DNA of 64,000 nucleotides from Haliotis rufescens. Taxonomy: Eukaryota. Positions 37,433 to 52,029 of the stretch are shown in pieces. Where the stretch lies: positions 7,378,001 through 7,442,000 of the forward strand of contig NW_025963835.1 in NCBI RefSeq assembly GCF_023055435.1, written 5' to 3'. Every line of letters starts with the position of its first letter. Position 1 is the first letter of the stretch. The notes beneath the pieces were generated by a model that saw only the letters and a program-made list of their open reading frames with translations, was not told the DNA's origin and did no database searches. A program made the position numbers and the translations under genes.

Positions 37433-38673
37433 AAGACTGACCAGAACACTGATGATCATGAAGACTTACCAGAACACTGATGATCATGAAGACTGACCAG
37501 AACACTGATGATCATGATGACTGACCAGAACACTGATGATAATGAAGACTGACCAAAAGATTGATGATCATGATGACTGACCAGAACACTGATGATCATG
37601 AAGACTGACCAGAACACTGATAATAATGAAGACTGACCAGAACACTGATGATCATGATGACTGACTAGAACACTGATGATCATGAAGACTGACCAGAACA
37701 CTGATGATCATGAAGACTGACCAGAACACTGATGATCATGAAGACTGACCAGAACACTGATGATCATGAAGACTGACTAGAACACTGATGATCATGAAGA
37801 CTGACCAGAACACTGATGATCATGAAGACTGACCAGAACACTGATGATCATGAAGACTGACCAAAAGATTGATGATCATGATGACTGACCAGAACACTGA
37901 TGATCATGAAGACTGACCAGAACACTGATAATAATGAAGACTGACCAAAAGATTGATGATCATGATGACTGACCAGAACACTGATGATCATGAAGACTGA
38001 CCAGAACACTGATGATCATGAAGACTGACCAGAACACTGATGATCATGAAGACTGACCAGAACACTGATAATAATGAAGACTGACCAGAACACTGATGAT
38101 CATGATGACTGACCAGAACACTGATAATAATGAAGACTGACCAAAAGATTGATGATCATGATGACTGACCAGAACACTGATGATCATGAAGACTGACCAG
38201 AACACTGATGATCATGAAGACTGACCAGAACACTGATGATCATGAAGACTGACCAGAACACTGATGATCATGAAGACTGACCAGAACACTGATGATCATG
38301 AAGACTGACCAGAACACTGGTGATCATGAAGACTGACCAGAACACTGATGATCATGAAGACTGACCAGAACACTGTTGATCATGAAGAATGACCAAAAGA
38401 TTGATGATCATGATGACTGACCAGAACACTGATGATCATGAAGACTGACCAGAACACTGATGATCATAAAGATGGACCAGAACACTGATGATCATGAAGA
38501 CTGACCAGAACACTGATGATCATGAAGACTGACCAGAACACTGATGATCATGAAGACTGACCAGAACACTGATGATCATGAAGATGGACCAGAACACTGA
38601 TGATCATGAAGACTGACCAGAACACTGATGATCATGAAGACTGACCAAAAGATTGATGATCATGATGACTGAC
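37433..38673. repeat. 28-bp minisatellite, ~44 units
   Basis: Unit aagactgaccagaacactgatgatcatg. Confidence 0.95.
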
Positions 38674-39774
38674 CTATATGCTTCAAGTCAGTGCTTCCAC
38701 AACTGAGCTATCCCTCCTCATAGAAAACTATACATAAACTTTAAGAATATGATAAGCCCACACTGTGGTTGCTTCAAGTCCCAAGTAATGTGTTCGTGAA
38801 TGAAAAGTTGTGAGTCTGGGGAGTAACACCTTGGTAATGGACACGACTGGGTGACTAAATAAAGTATCCATGACACAGTCTTGTGGGGGTGTGGTTGCGC
38901 ATGAGGTTAAGTATGGTACAATACACAGAGTGACATATGAGGCAGCTGAGAGGTCCAAGGGGCGTTATTTCCGCATGCATAGATTCATTATTTCTGAACT
39001 AACACAGCAGCCTACTTCCTGCAGTAAAGATCTTGTGAATTTCCAATCATCACAAAAGTCATACTGCTGAGCTGCAAGATATATTATTTTATAAAAACCC
39101 TGGAGAAACATGGCCGTCCAATTTTCTCTCCCTGTTGGTTGATATGAAAGTTTCATGGCTCTCCTTCCAGGTGATGGGGGAAATCAATAAATGCCAAAAA
39201 TAGAGATGGCAATCAGAGCAAGAAAAGTCTTCATATTTAATGCTGAATAATGTCCAAAGATGTTCAACATTAAAGAAAAAACCACTTGTCAACCCCAGCA
39301 GCTTGTACATGATGTGATAGCATGTTTCAGATTAGTTTGTTTTCCAGGACACTGGCTCTTTGTCATCCAAACTATCCTCAACATTTTATTCATTTTTATT
39401 CCATCTCCTAGTGCCACTTGTCTCCAGCAATAACACTGGATAGGTCATTATTACGATAAATATTAAGCATATCATGTTCATTATTGTAATGTCATGATAG
39501 CTTCAAGATAATCATCATAGTGCCAAAGCACTGTACGTAGCAAGTGATGCATCAGTGTTCACAAGCAGCAAGTTAAACAGGATGTCAGCGCAGTGATACA
39601 TTATCCCATCCAAGTTGGAGCCTTGGCTCTAGGGAAAGTCAAGCCTTAAGTAGTGGTCATGCCAACTGTGTAATACGACAGTCTGAGATGACTGAGGACA
39701 TAGGGCATCAATGTAATATTTAAAGGAACAATAGCATGGTAACCTTGCCAAGTATCCATATAGTATTTTCTCAT

Positions 39775-39933
39775 GAGTAATATGGTTTTATGCCGCTTTT
39801 AAGAATGTTCCAGTAATATTACGGCAAGAGATATAAAAAATGGGCTTCACACATTGAACCCATGTTGAGAATTGAACCAAGGTCATCTCCATAACAAACA
39901 AACATATTAACTGTTAAAATACCCCACTGCCCC
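39775..39933 (-). mobile_element. Old, diverged SINE family 2 copy
   Basis: tatggttttatgccgctttt...aatgggcttcacacattgaacccatg is homologous to 28870-29046. Confidence 0.75.
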
Positions 39934-40519
39934 AAACTCTTATGAAAAGCATGGGGTACTTATTCCAGCCAGATTCTCTACAAGAGGATTGTGAAAGACT
40001 ATGTTGTAGTGCATGCAAGACGGGAGTCGAAGCCAGCTGACTAATGTATCGGACACAATTCAGAGTGAACTTCAATTAGAGACAGTAGCCATGGTGACTC
40101 TATGGTTATTTATAAAAACACACTAAATGTCAATTTCCTCAGAGCATGCTTAGAATCTTTCAAGAACAATTATTTCTACCACAGATACTCGAGACTTAAC
40201 TTTGGAAAAATCCTTAAAGCCATAATGTTTAAAACAATATTTTTCCACGACACTGAAGCTGACCTGGATATGTAGTCAACATTTTGACAAACAAAGATAG
40301 CCACTGAACTAAAGTTGCTGTCAGCATTGACATCCAAATATCCAAACATCCAGATAATTACTAAAAACTAACATTAAAATCTACGGAAATGAACAAATTA
40401 AGAAGTTTACAGTGCCTCATATGCATTCTGAAAGAAATTATGAACATCAAGTCAAAAGAATGTCGATATGTAAAACATTGCAACAAAACAAAAACCAGAA
40501 CTAACCCCACAACTTAACT

Positions 40520-41257
40520 AGCTACAAAATATCACCTTATTTTGTACAAAATATGGCAGAGTACATTACAATAAATAGCTTTTTCATTATGTTTGCCATG
40601 GTGGCAATATTGAAAATCAGATTCGAACCTCTTCAACAAGATAAGGTCTTTTTATCATGTTTATTAGTGAAGCCATCATCACTGGTCCAGTGGTTTCTAA
40701 GGAGATGACGTTGACATTGCAAGGAAATGCATTTTGAGACAATTTATTGAGCATGGTCAAAATGCAGTGGTCAAATAAAGGAAAACATTTTAAACATCAT
40801 GAACGTTGATCATGCGTTGAGCCCCACTACACATATCAAATCTCACTACATTATGAAAGACGGCTGCTGAGTAAAGGCCTTCAGAAGTTCATGAGCAAAG
40901 GTCATATCAAGGTCAAAAGTTAAAATATCGCAAAAAAAAGAAAGAAGAAATATATATGTTGAGTCCCACTATCAGCTAACCTGGTAACAAATATCTTCAT
41001 TAGACTTTGAAAAAAATGACTTAGTAATGGCCATATATATATTCTTTGATATCGCTGCCACTGTGTCCACATTGAAAATCAGATTCAAACCTATGGAACT
41101 GACTGAAGTGACATCAATGGTGGGTGGTACAAGCATGTGAAGTTTCAGCTTCATTGGTGAGGTGCTCTCTGAGGAAAAGATGTCAACAGACACTACGTAC
41201 ACAACAGACAAACAGACCATGACGTGAGCTCACTACACTTTGTCAAGTAAGCTAAAG
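40520..41257. mobile_element. Possible decayed Helentron/HINE-like non-autonomous element
   Basis: Internal repeat attgaaaatcagattc(g/a)aacct, (cagac)-type microsatellite and terminal agctcac...aagctaaa hairpin-like end; boundaries uncertain. Confidence 0.3.
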
Positions 41258-41910
41258 ATGGAGAAAATTTGAAACTAAATCATCATGGTAGTCTCTGTGA
41301 GTGTCCTCCTGCCCTCTTGTAGGCCTTGGTGCAACTGCTTAATGTCAACCTTGACACATCAAGTTTCCTGTCTCAGTAACTATGGAACAAGGCAGGAATA
41401 TATATCTGGACAGCAACTTAAGACAATCTCATAGCTTCCACCTTTGAACTTCTTCCATCCAAAGACAAGATCTTTTGTCCATCTGGCATGGACTGACTTC
41501 AGTAGCAGATAACAAGTTCAAAGAATGTCACATTGCTGGACACTGGTCACTCAAGGAGACTCAAGACGCCTCTCACTCAGATACAGACAGACACAATTGT
41601 CTCATGTAACAAATGACCCTTCAGTCTATCAATATCTAGTTATGAAGATCTCGACCTGAGGGTATAAGTAGTCTTAGGCTCGGACGTTATTGAATTTCGT
41701 TCTCTTCCCTTGATGATTCAGGAATCATAAAATGTGAAAATGCCAAGGATTACTATAAGAGGTGACTGTAGGAGATATGACAAACAGATGTCAGTCTGAT
41801 TCAAACCTGGTCACCCTTATCAGTTTTTTTCTGAAACATCCCACATCACAGACAGATTCAGTACATACGGCCTTCATACAGGACACCCCATCAGTCTGTT
41901 CTATAACATG

Positions 41911-43735
41911 ACGGCATTGTCTGACGAGCCAACGCTCTGACTACTGACAGCATGGTGTGACAAGCAAACACTCTGACCAATAACGGCATTGTGTGACAAG
42001 CAAACACTCTGACCAATAACGGCATGGAGTGACAAGCCAACACTCTGACCAATAACGGCATGGAGTGACAAGCAAACACTCTGACCAATAACAGCATGGT
42101 GTGACAAGCAAACACTCTGACCAATAACGGCATGGTGTGACAAGCCAACACTCTGACCAATAACGGCATGGAGTGACAAGCAAACACTCTGACCAATAAC
42201 AGCATGGAGTGACAAGCAAACACTCTGACCAATAACGGCATGGTGTGCCAAGCCAACACTCTGACCAATAACGGCATGGTGTGCCAAGCCAACACTCTGA
42301 CCAATAACAGCATGGTGTGACAAGCAAACACTCTGACCAATAACAGCATGGTGTGCCAAGCCAACACTCTGACCAATAACAGCATGGTGTGCCAAGCCAA
42401 CACTCTGACCAATAACAGCATGGTGTGACAAGCAAACACTCTGACCAATAACAGCATGGTGTGCCAAGCCAACACTCTGACCAATAACAGCATGGAGTGA
42501 CAAGCAAACACTCTGACCAATAACAGCATGGTGTGACAAGCCAACACTCTGACCAATAACGGCATGGTGTGACAAGCAAACACTCTGACCAATAACAGCA
42601 TGGTGTGACAAGCAAACACTCTGACCAATAACAGCATGGTGTGCCAAGCCAACACTCTGACCAATAACAGCATGGAGTGACAAGCAAACACTCTGACCAA
42701 TAACGGCATGGTGTGACAAGCCAACACTCTGACCAATAACGGCATGGTGTGACAAGCAAACACTCTGACCAATAACGGCATGGTGTGACAAGCAAACACT
42801 CTGACCAATAACAGCATGGTGTGCCAAGCCAACACTCTGACCAATAACAGCATGGTGTGACAAGCAAACACTCTGACCAATAACAGCATGGAGTGACAAG
42901 CAAACACTCTGACCAATAACAGCATGTAGTGACAAGCCAACACTCTGACCAATAACGGCATGGAGTGACAAGCAAACACTCTGACCAATAACGGCATGGA
43001 GTGACAAGCAAACACTCTGACCAATAACAGCATGGTGTGCCAAGCCAACACTCTGACCAATAACGGCATGGTGTGACAAGCAAACACTCTGACCAATAAC
43101 AGCATGGTGTGCCAAGCCAACACTCTGACTACTGACACCATGGTGTGACAAGCCAACACTCTGACCAATAACGGCATGGAGTGACAAGCCAACACTCTGA
43201 CTACTGACACCATGGTGTGACAAGCCAACACTCTGACCAATAAGAGCATTGTGTGACAAGCCAACGCTCTGACTACTGACACCATGGTGTGACAAGCCAA
43301 CACTCTGACCAATAACAGCATTGTGTGACAAGCCAACGCTCTGACTACTGACACCATGGTGTGACAAGCAAACACTCTGACCTATAACGGCATTGTGTGA
43401 CAAGCCAACGCTCTGACTACTGACACCATGGTGTGACAAGCAAACACTCTGACCAATAACAGCATTGTCTGACGAGCCAACGCTCTGACTACTGACACCA
43501 TGGTGTGACAAGCACACACTCTGACCAATAACGGCATTGTGTGACAAGCCAACGCTCTGACTACTGACACCATGGTGTGACAAGCAAACACTCTGACCAA
43601 TAACGGCATTGTGTGACAAGCCAACGCTCTGACTACTGGCACCATGGTGTGACAAGCAAACACTCTGACCAATAACGGCATTGTGTGACAAGCCAACGCT
43701 CTGACTACTGACACCATGGTGTGACAAGCAAACAC
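41911..43735. repeat. 36-bp minisatellite, ~50 units, with 72-bp higher-order dimers at the right end
   Basis: Unit gacaagcaaacactctgaccaataacagcatggtgt, alternating with a ctgactactgacacc variant from ~43120. Confidence 0.95.
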
Positions 43736-43840
43736 AAACTATCCACTGTAGCCTTTCTTTAACATGATGTAAACAGTAATCCCACAAAGAACATTAGAGG
43801 GTAAAGAATTATTACTTCACTGACCCATCACTGGCCTCTT

Positions 43841-44202
43841 TGACAACACCGACAACCCTGTACCTGATAATGTCCACTGTTCACCTTGTGAGAGTGAGAG
43901 CCATCTGTACACTGACAACACCGACAACCCTGTACCTGATAATGTCCTCTGTTCACCTTGTGAGAGTGAGAGCCATCTGTACACTGACAACACCGACAAC
44001 CCTGTACCTGATAATGTCCTCTGTTCACCTTGTGAGAGTGAGAGCCATCTGTACAATGACAACACCGACAACCCTGTACCTGATAATGTCCACTGTTCAC
44101 CTTGTGAGAGTGAGAGCCATCTGTACAATGACAACACCGACAACCCTGTACCTGATAATGTCCTCTGTTCACCTTGTGAGAGTGAGAGCCATCTGTACAA
44201 TG
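43841..44202. repeat. 72-bp tandem repeat x5
   Basis: Period 72; near-identical units. Confidence 0.95.
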
Positions 44203-47200
44203 AGGGCAGACTTTCCTCCTATTGATCACCATGTACTTGCATACTTAGTCAATACAGTCTGCACCTAGCCAGCATGCACACTTGTACTCAAGTAACTACA
44301 GTGCACAATGATAAAGATTGATGAGACATGGCACAATTCATGTCATGAAAAACCTGAAATCAGAGAGATGTAGAATTATTCTCCAGGCTGAACATACACA
44401 TAAAAAAGCCAAGTAACACTATTTTCCATGGACAGTTAATGTTCAGTAAAATGTTTGTTAAGTGGAATATTGATGGGAAGTCTAGAAAAATAGTTCGCAG
44501 TACATAATGAAATAGCAGACCTACCATGGTAAATGTATCCTAAGTGCTACTCAGGAAGAAAAACTATCCTTGTGAGCTTAATAGGATCTAAAGAATGAAG
44601 GAGTCAGCTTGCATAAAGTTTCACTTGTCAACCTTCAACATGTTCCATTGACATGCCTTAAAAAACCATTATTTGTTAATATATTTTCATAAAAGGGCAA
44701 AGCAATGCATGACTTATTTCAAGTTATTTGTAAGATTTAAAATCCCTTTAAATAAAGCATGAGTTCGTTTGAGTGACAAAGGACAGGTCAGATCACCTAA
44801 TCATCTATGTATTTCCATGACAAGTTGACCAGGACCAAGTTGACCAAGTTGACCAGGACAATAAAGTTGTCAAAATCACATTACCACTCAAGGCTCACTT
44901 TTATGAGTCAGTTATTTGGGAAGGGGCACATTATTCATGTTTCTTGCAGTATTTCATATCAAAATGATAACATCCAGACACTGCTAGATAATTCCGAGTA
45001 AGGGTTAGAAGTCAATGGGAAATCAGTGTACATCACAGAGGAGAAGGACTGCCCACAGATTGATGGAGCTCCTGCTGGCATGCTGTTGGAAAATACAGTG
45101 CATCCCTTTCATCATGTTTTATCATCTTACAACAGTCCTTGAATCGTTGCCTTTTTATTTTCATTTTGATAAACACTGAAATCTGAGCATACGTTTTCTG
45201 GGCTTCATTTTCCTGCTGAGAGAGAAAACTGTCCTGACCACCCTAGCAACTTCATCAATTCATATCATCAAAATCCAATAAAGAGGTCAAGCGATCTTCA
45301 ACACATTCTAACCCGTTGAGCAATGCACTTCAAATTCCCCATGCAACAAACCAAATCATGTTCGTTAAGTTTCCAAGATAAAAGAGAGATTGATGATCAA
45401 TAGTTGATCTTGGCTAACCTTCCAAAGATGGCACCAGTGTTTTGCCATGGATGCAGCTGCGCAACAGTGCAGTCTTCTATATGGACACCACTAACTAACC
45501 TGTCACTGTCACACAGCCTGACAGACAGCTGCTGGAGTCAACGTATCTGTCACAAGTGCTACAGCCATTTACTGCCTATAAAAATCATGAATAAGTACAG
45601 ACATCCACAAGAGTTTTATCATCATCCTTTCTGCAAACTCTCTGCTTCCTGACATCTTCATTACCATATGTATGTGTATTATGTTGGTCCCATGGACTGT
45701 ATTTGCAAACATCATCCAACGTTTATGAATTCATACCAGCTTCCTGAAGCAGTCAACAACGTGTAGTATATTTCCCACATCTTGTCAACTTCTGCCAGTT
45801 CTAGACCTGGAACAGGTCTTCAGGAACTGCCATGTCAATATGTGTTACCTAATTCTTCATAATTGATATCTGCAAGACTTATGTTACACTCTGATACAAT
45901 AATAACCAATAATACAATGATAACAGCAATATTTCAGCATTAACATCACCGTGATGAGAAGTCATCGAAAAGCACCCTCGTTACATGAAGCCTGTCCCCA
46001 CTGCCTCTCTGCCGACCTGAGCCGCGGCTGTACCTGATGCAGCTCTTGATGCTGTACAGATAGTGTGCATGGCAGAAACAACACAGTTTGGGCGTTATGC
46101 TTGTATGGTTGGAAGCACTTACAGTTCATCAACTTCATCAATGGGTGGTTGGGTCTAGTTTCCAAACAAGGTAGCAACTATGAAATCTGTGATTGATCAT
46201 ATCATGTATATGACAATCATATAATTTCACCTTTAGATGATTAATTATTTTTTCATGTACGTGATGGAGATAATGAAATTGAGCAGAACATGCTGGAAGC
46301 ATGAACAATCTTATAACTGACAAATATTTCAAGATCGGTTGCTTTGTACAGAATCATTGATAGGCGGCTAGGTTAATGACCTGATGATGATGACTGACCT
46401 CTTGCCCTAATCCAACAGCTAAACTTGTGTTCCTGCAGACCTTGTTTTACCCCAGGGTTTTAGGCACAAATGAGTGTCCAGGATGCACAAATGTATATAG
46501 AATGGATGCAGCAAGAATATGTTGCATCTTGAATGATGCACAAAGTACCATTGTACCAAATTCTTGACAAGAACTATAAAGGTCCTGTAATTATAGTAAT
46601 CAAATCATATACTACAGTATACTACACTTCATTACTTCACATGACCAAATATAACCCTTGAAATTAACAATTGGGGGTCCCATGAACCCCCAGTTTTTGT
46701 AAGTTACCCTTATACCCTTATACTGTGCATGATTCAGTGTTATTAACAACTAGAAATTAGGGCTGGGTCCTTGAAGTTTGCTGAAATAGTATTTGAATCT
46801 TAACATCAGGACTACAGCTTGCTTGCTCAATTAGATGATGTAACAGATGCCATCATTGTTTCCAAGTCACATCAAGCTGTGGGAGAGAGATTCAGCAGGG
46901 AATGACTCCTACAATCAACCAATTACACTGTTTACCGACTGTTTTGTGTTCAGTACATGTCTTTTCAGGAATGATAAGACTGATGCCTTTACGATGGAAG
47001 AAATCTGGAATGCTGATCTTTCAATACCATCAATTCGCTGCCCTTGACAGACAGCAAAACAATTGGCATATATATCTATAACAATGACTATTAAAAACAA
47101 CAATGTTGCCTCCATCAATACATTTGTATAACATGGTGTAAGTGTACTGAAGCATGATAAGTACAGGCATTTATAGGTTGCACCACACCATAAACCATGC

Positions 47201-47308
47201 TAACGTAGAGGTGCACTTAAGTATGAATACTTCCATTGATTTCCCCTGCTATTGAACAGTTCCAATGATTACATAATGTACTATGCCCGAACTATCCGCT
47301 TACGCACA

Positions 47309-47431
47309 TGGTGCGATGGAGTGCAGAGTGCACTGTGGTGCGATGGAGTGCAGAGTGCACTGTGGTGCGATGGAGTGCAGAGAGCACTGTGGTGCGATGG
47401 AGTGCAGAGTGCACTGTGGTGCAATGGAGTG
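47309..47431. repeat. 27-bp tandem repeat x4.5
   Basis: Unit tggtgcgatggagtgcagagtgcactg. Confidence 0.92.
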
Positions 47432-50400
47432 TGGTGTGTTGCTGTATACAGAGAGGTGTGTTGCTGAACACTGGGAGGTGTGTTGCTGTACACTGGGAGG
47501 TGTGTGGCTGTATAGAGGGAGGTGTGTTGCTGTACACTGGGAGGTGTGTTGCTGTATACTGGGAGGTGTGTTGCTGTACACTGAGAGGTGTGTTGCTGTA
47601 CACAGGGAGGTGTGTTGCTGTACACTGGGAGGTGTGTTCCTGTACACAGGGAAGTGTGTTGCTGTACACAGTGAGGTGTGTTGCTGTATACTGGGAGGTG
47701 TGTTGCTGTACAGTGGGAGGTGTGTTGCTGTACACTGGGAGGTGTGTTGCTGTATACTGGGAGGTGTGTTGCTGTATACTGGGAGGTGTGTTGCTGTACA
47801 CTGGGAGGTGTGTTGCTGTATACTGGGAGGTGTGTTGCTGTACACTGGGAGGTGTGTTGCTGTATACTGGAAGGTGTGTTGCTGTACACTGGGAGGTGTG
47901 TTGCTGTACACTGGGAGGTGTGTTGCTGTACACTGGGAGGTGTGTTGCTGTACACTGGAAGGTGTGTTGCTGTACACTGGGAGGTGTGTTGCTGTACACT
48001 GGGAGGTGTGTTGCTGTACACTGGAAGGTGTGTTGCTGTACACTGGGAAGTGTGTTGCTGTATACAGGGAGGTGTGTTGCTGTATACAGAGAGGTGTGTT
48101 GCTGTGCACTGGGAGGTGTGTTGCTGTACACTGGGAGGTGTGTTGCTGTATACAGGGAGAGGTGTTGCTGTACACAGGGAGGTGTGTTGCTGTACACTGG
48201 GAGGTGTGTTGCTGTACACTGGGAGGTGTGTTGCTGTACACTAGGAGGTGTGTTGCTGTACACTGGGAGGTGTGTTGCTGTATACTGGGAGAGGTGTTGC
48301 TGTACACAGGGAGGTGTGTTGCTGTACACTGGGAGGTGTGTTGCTGTACACAGGGAGGTGTGTTGCTGTACACTGGGAGGTGTGTTGCTGTACACAGGGA
48401 GAGGTGTTGCTGTACACAGGGAGGTGTGTTGCTGTACACTGGGAGGTGTGTTCCTGTACACAGGGAGGTGTGTTGCTGTACACTGGGAGGTGTGTTGCTG
48501 TACACAGGGAGGTGTGTTGCTGTACACTGGGAGGTGTGTTGCTGTACACTGGGAGGTGTGTTGTTGTATACTGGGAGGTGTGTTGCTGTACACTGGGATG
48601 TGTTGCTGTACACAGGGAGAGGTGTTGCTGTACACAGGGAGGTGTGTTGCTGTACACTGGGAGGTGTGTTGCTGTATACAGGGAGGTGTGTTGCTGTATA
48701 CTTGGAGGTGTGTTGCTGTACACTGGGAGGTGTGTTGCTGTACACTGGGATGTGTTGCTGTACACAGGGAGAGGTGTTGCTGTACACAGGGAGGTGTGTT
48801 GCTGTACACTGGGAGGTGTGTTGCTGTACACAGGGGTGTGTGTTGCTGTATACTTGGAGGTGTGTTGCTGTACACTGGGAGGTGTGTTGCTGTACACTGG
48901 GAGGTGTGTTGCTGTATAGAGGGAGGTGTGTTGCTGTACACTGGGTGGTGTGTTGCTGTATACTGGGAGAGGTGTTGCTGTACACAGGGAGGTGTGTTGC
49001 TGTACACTGGGAGGTGTGTTGCTGTACACTGGGAGGTGTGTTGCTGTACACTGGGAGGTGTGTTGCTGTATACAGGGAGGTGTGTTGCTGTACACTGGGA
49101 GGTGTGTTCCTGTACACTGGGAGGTGTGTTGCTGTATACTGTGAGGTGTGTTGCTGTATAGAGGGAGGTGTGTTGCTGTATACTGGGAAGTGTGTTGCTG
49201 TACCCAGGGAGGTGTGTTGCTGTACACTGGGAGGTGTGTTGCTGTATACTGTGAGGTGTGTTGCTGTATACTGTGAGGTGTGTTGCTGTATACTGGGAGG
49301 TGTGTTGCTGTATACTGGGAGGTGTGTTCCTGTACCCAGGGAGGTGTGTTGCTGTACACTGGGAGGTGTGTTGCTGTACACAGGGAAGTGTGTTGCTGTA
49401 TACTGTGAGGTGTGTTGCTGTACACTGGGAGGTGTGTTACTGTGCACTGGGAGGTGTGTTGCTGTACACAGGGGTGTGTGTTGCTGTACAGTGGGAGGTG
49501 TGTTGCTGTACACTGGGAGGTGTGTTGCTGTATACTGTGAGGTGTGTTGCTGTATACTGGGAAGTGTGTTGCTGTACACTGGGAAGTGTGTTGCTGTACA
49601 CTGGGAGGTGTGTTGCTGTACACTGGGAGGTGTGTTGCTGTATACTGTGAGGTGTGTTGCTGTATACTGTGAGGTGTGTTGCTGTATACTGTGAGGTGTG
49701 TTGCTGTATACTGGGAGGTGTGTTCCTGTACCCAGGGAGGTGTGTTGCTGTACACTGGGAGGTGTGTTGCTGTACACAGGGAAGTGTGTTGCTGTATACT
49801 GTGAGGTGTGTTGCTGTACACTGGGAGGTGTGTTACTGTGCACTGGGAGGTGTGTTGCTGTACACAGGGGTGTGTGTTGCTGTACAGTGGGAGGTGTGTT
49901 GCTGTACACTGGGAGGTGTGTTGCTGTACACTGGGAGGTGTGTTGCTGTACACTGGGAGGTGTGTTGCTGTACACTGGGAGGTGTGTTGCTGTACACTGT
50001 GAGGTGTGTTGCTGTATACTGGGAGGTGTGTTGCTGTATAGAGGGAGGTGTGTTGCTGTACACTGGGAGGTGTGTTGCTGTATACTGTGAGGTGTGTTGC
50101 TGTACACAGGGAGAGGTGTTGCTGTACACTGGGAGGTGTGTTGCTGTACACTGGGAGGTGTGTTGCTGTACACAGGGAGGTGTTTTGCTGTACACTGGGA
50201 GGTGTGTTGCTGTACACTGGGAGGTGTGTTGCTGTACACAGGGAGGTGTGTTGCTGTATACTGGGAGAGGTGTTGCTGTACACAGGGAGGTGTGTTGCTG
50301 TACACTGGGAGGTGTGTTGCTGTACACAGGGAGGTGTGTTGCTGTACACTGGGAGGTGTGTTGCTGTACACAGGGAGAGGTGTTGCTGTACACAGGGAGG

Positions 50401-51703
50401 TGTGTTGCTGTACACTGGGAGGTGTGTTGCTGAACACAGGGAGGTGTGTTGCTGTACACTGGGAGGTGTGTTGCTGTACACAGGGAGGTGTGTTGCTGTA
50501 CACTGGGAGGTGTGTTGCTGTACACTGGGAGGTGTGTTGCTGTACACTGGGAGGTGTGTTGCTGTATAGAGGGAGGTGTATTGCTGTATACAGGGAGAGG
50601 TGTTGCTGTACACTGGGAGGTGTGTTGCTGTATACAGAGAGGTGTGTTGCTGTACACAGGGAGGTGTGTTGCTGTATACAGAGAGGTGTGTTGCTGTACA
50701 CTGGGAGGTGTGTTGCTGTATACTGGGAGGTGTGTTGCTGTACACTGGGAGGTGTGTTGCTGTACACTGGGAGGTGTGTTGCTGTACACTGGAAGGTGTG
50801 TTGCTGTACACTGGGAGGTGTGTTGCTGTACACTGGAAGGTGTGTTGCTGTACACTGGGAGGTGTGTTGCTGTACACTGGAAGGTGTGTTGCTGTATACA
50901 GGGAGGTGTGTTGCTGTATACTGGGAGGTGTGTTGCTGTACACTGGGAGGTGTGTTGCTGTACACTGGGAGGTGTGTTGCTGTACACTGGAAGGTGTGTT
51001 GCTGTACACTGGGAGGTGTGTTGCTGTATACAGGGAGGTGTGTTGCTGTACACAGGGAGAGATGTTGCTGTACACTGGGAGGTGTGTTGCTGTACACTGG
51101 GAGGTGTGTTGCTGTACCCAGGGAGGTGTGTTGCTGTACACTGGGAGGTGTGTTGCTGTACACTGGGAGGTGTGTTGCTGTACACTGGGAGGTGTGTGGC
51201 TGTACACTGGGAGGTGTGTTGCTGTACACTGGGAGGTGTGTTGCTGTATACTGGGAGGTGTGTTGTTGTATACAGAGAGGTGTGTTGTTGTATACAGGGA
51301 GATGTGTTGCTGTATACAGGGAGGTGTGTTGTTGTATACAGGGAGGTGTTTTGCTGTGCACTGGGAGGTGTGTTGCTGTGCACTGGGAGGTGTGTTGTTG
51401 TATACAGGGAGGTGTGTTGTTGTATACAGAGAGGTGTGTTGCTGTATACAGGGAGGTGTGTTGCTGTATACAGGGAGGTGTGTTGTTGTATACAGAGAGG
51501 TGTGTTGCTGTACACTGGGAGGTGTGTTGCTGTACACTGGGAGGTGTGTTGCTGTGCACTGGGAGGTGTGTTGCTGTACACTGGGAGGTGTGTTGTTGTA
51601 TACAGAGAGGTGTGTTGTTGTATACAGAGAGGTGTGTTGCTGTACACTGGGAGGTGTGTTGCTGTACACTGGGAGGTGTGTTGCTGTGCACTGGGAGGTG
51701 TGT
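47432..51703. repeat. 22-bp minisatellite, ~4.3 kb, ~195 units
   Basis: Unit gggaggtgtgttgctgtacact with point variants and internally duplicated blocks. Confidence 0.97.
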
Positions 51704-52029
51704 TTGTATGAAAGTTAGCTGAGTATGCAATTAGCAGGTACAACATTGAATGATAGGCAAACATCACACATCTGTAGACGCTCAACTAACTCCACAATCA
51801 CAGACACTGGAGCATGGTGATCAGAAATCAATATATGCTATTGTCATATGATTGTAACTACAGATGCAAATTGATCCTCTTTCCGAGAGAAATTGTCCAA
51901 ATCGATTTTGAAGAGGTTAGCAAGATACACATATTTGTGAAAAATCCTTAGCAATTATTGAGTTTCTTGGTCACAGAATGAGCAGCTTGAAAGACTTAAC
52001 ACTGGTGGATACAATGTGTAACAACAGCA

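Noticed and set aside
37433-38673. Possible multimeric hammerhead ribozyme (CTGATGA in each unit)
   Set aside because: The required GAAA is GAAG, and stems I/III and an NUH cleavage site cannot be formed.
41891-51785. Very long ORFs (up to 1476 aa) on both strands
   Set aside because: These are translations of 22-, 27-, 36- and 72-bp tandem repeats, open in several frames at once, with no unique domain or splice context.
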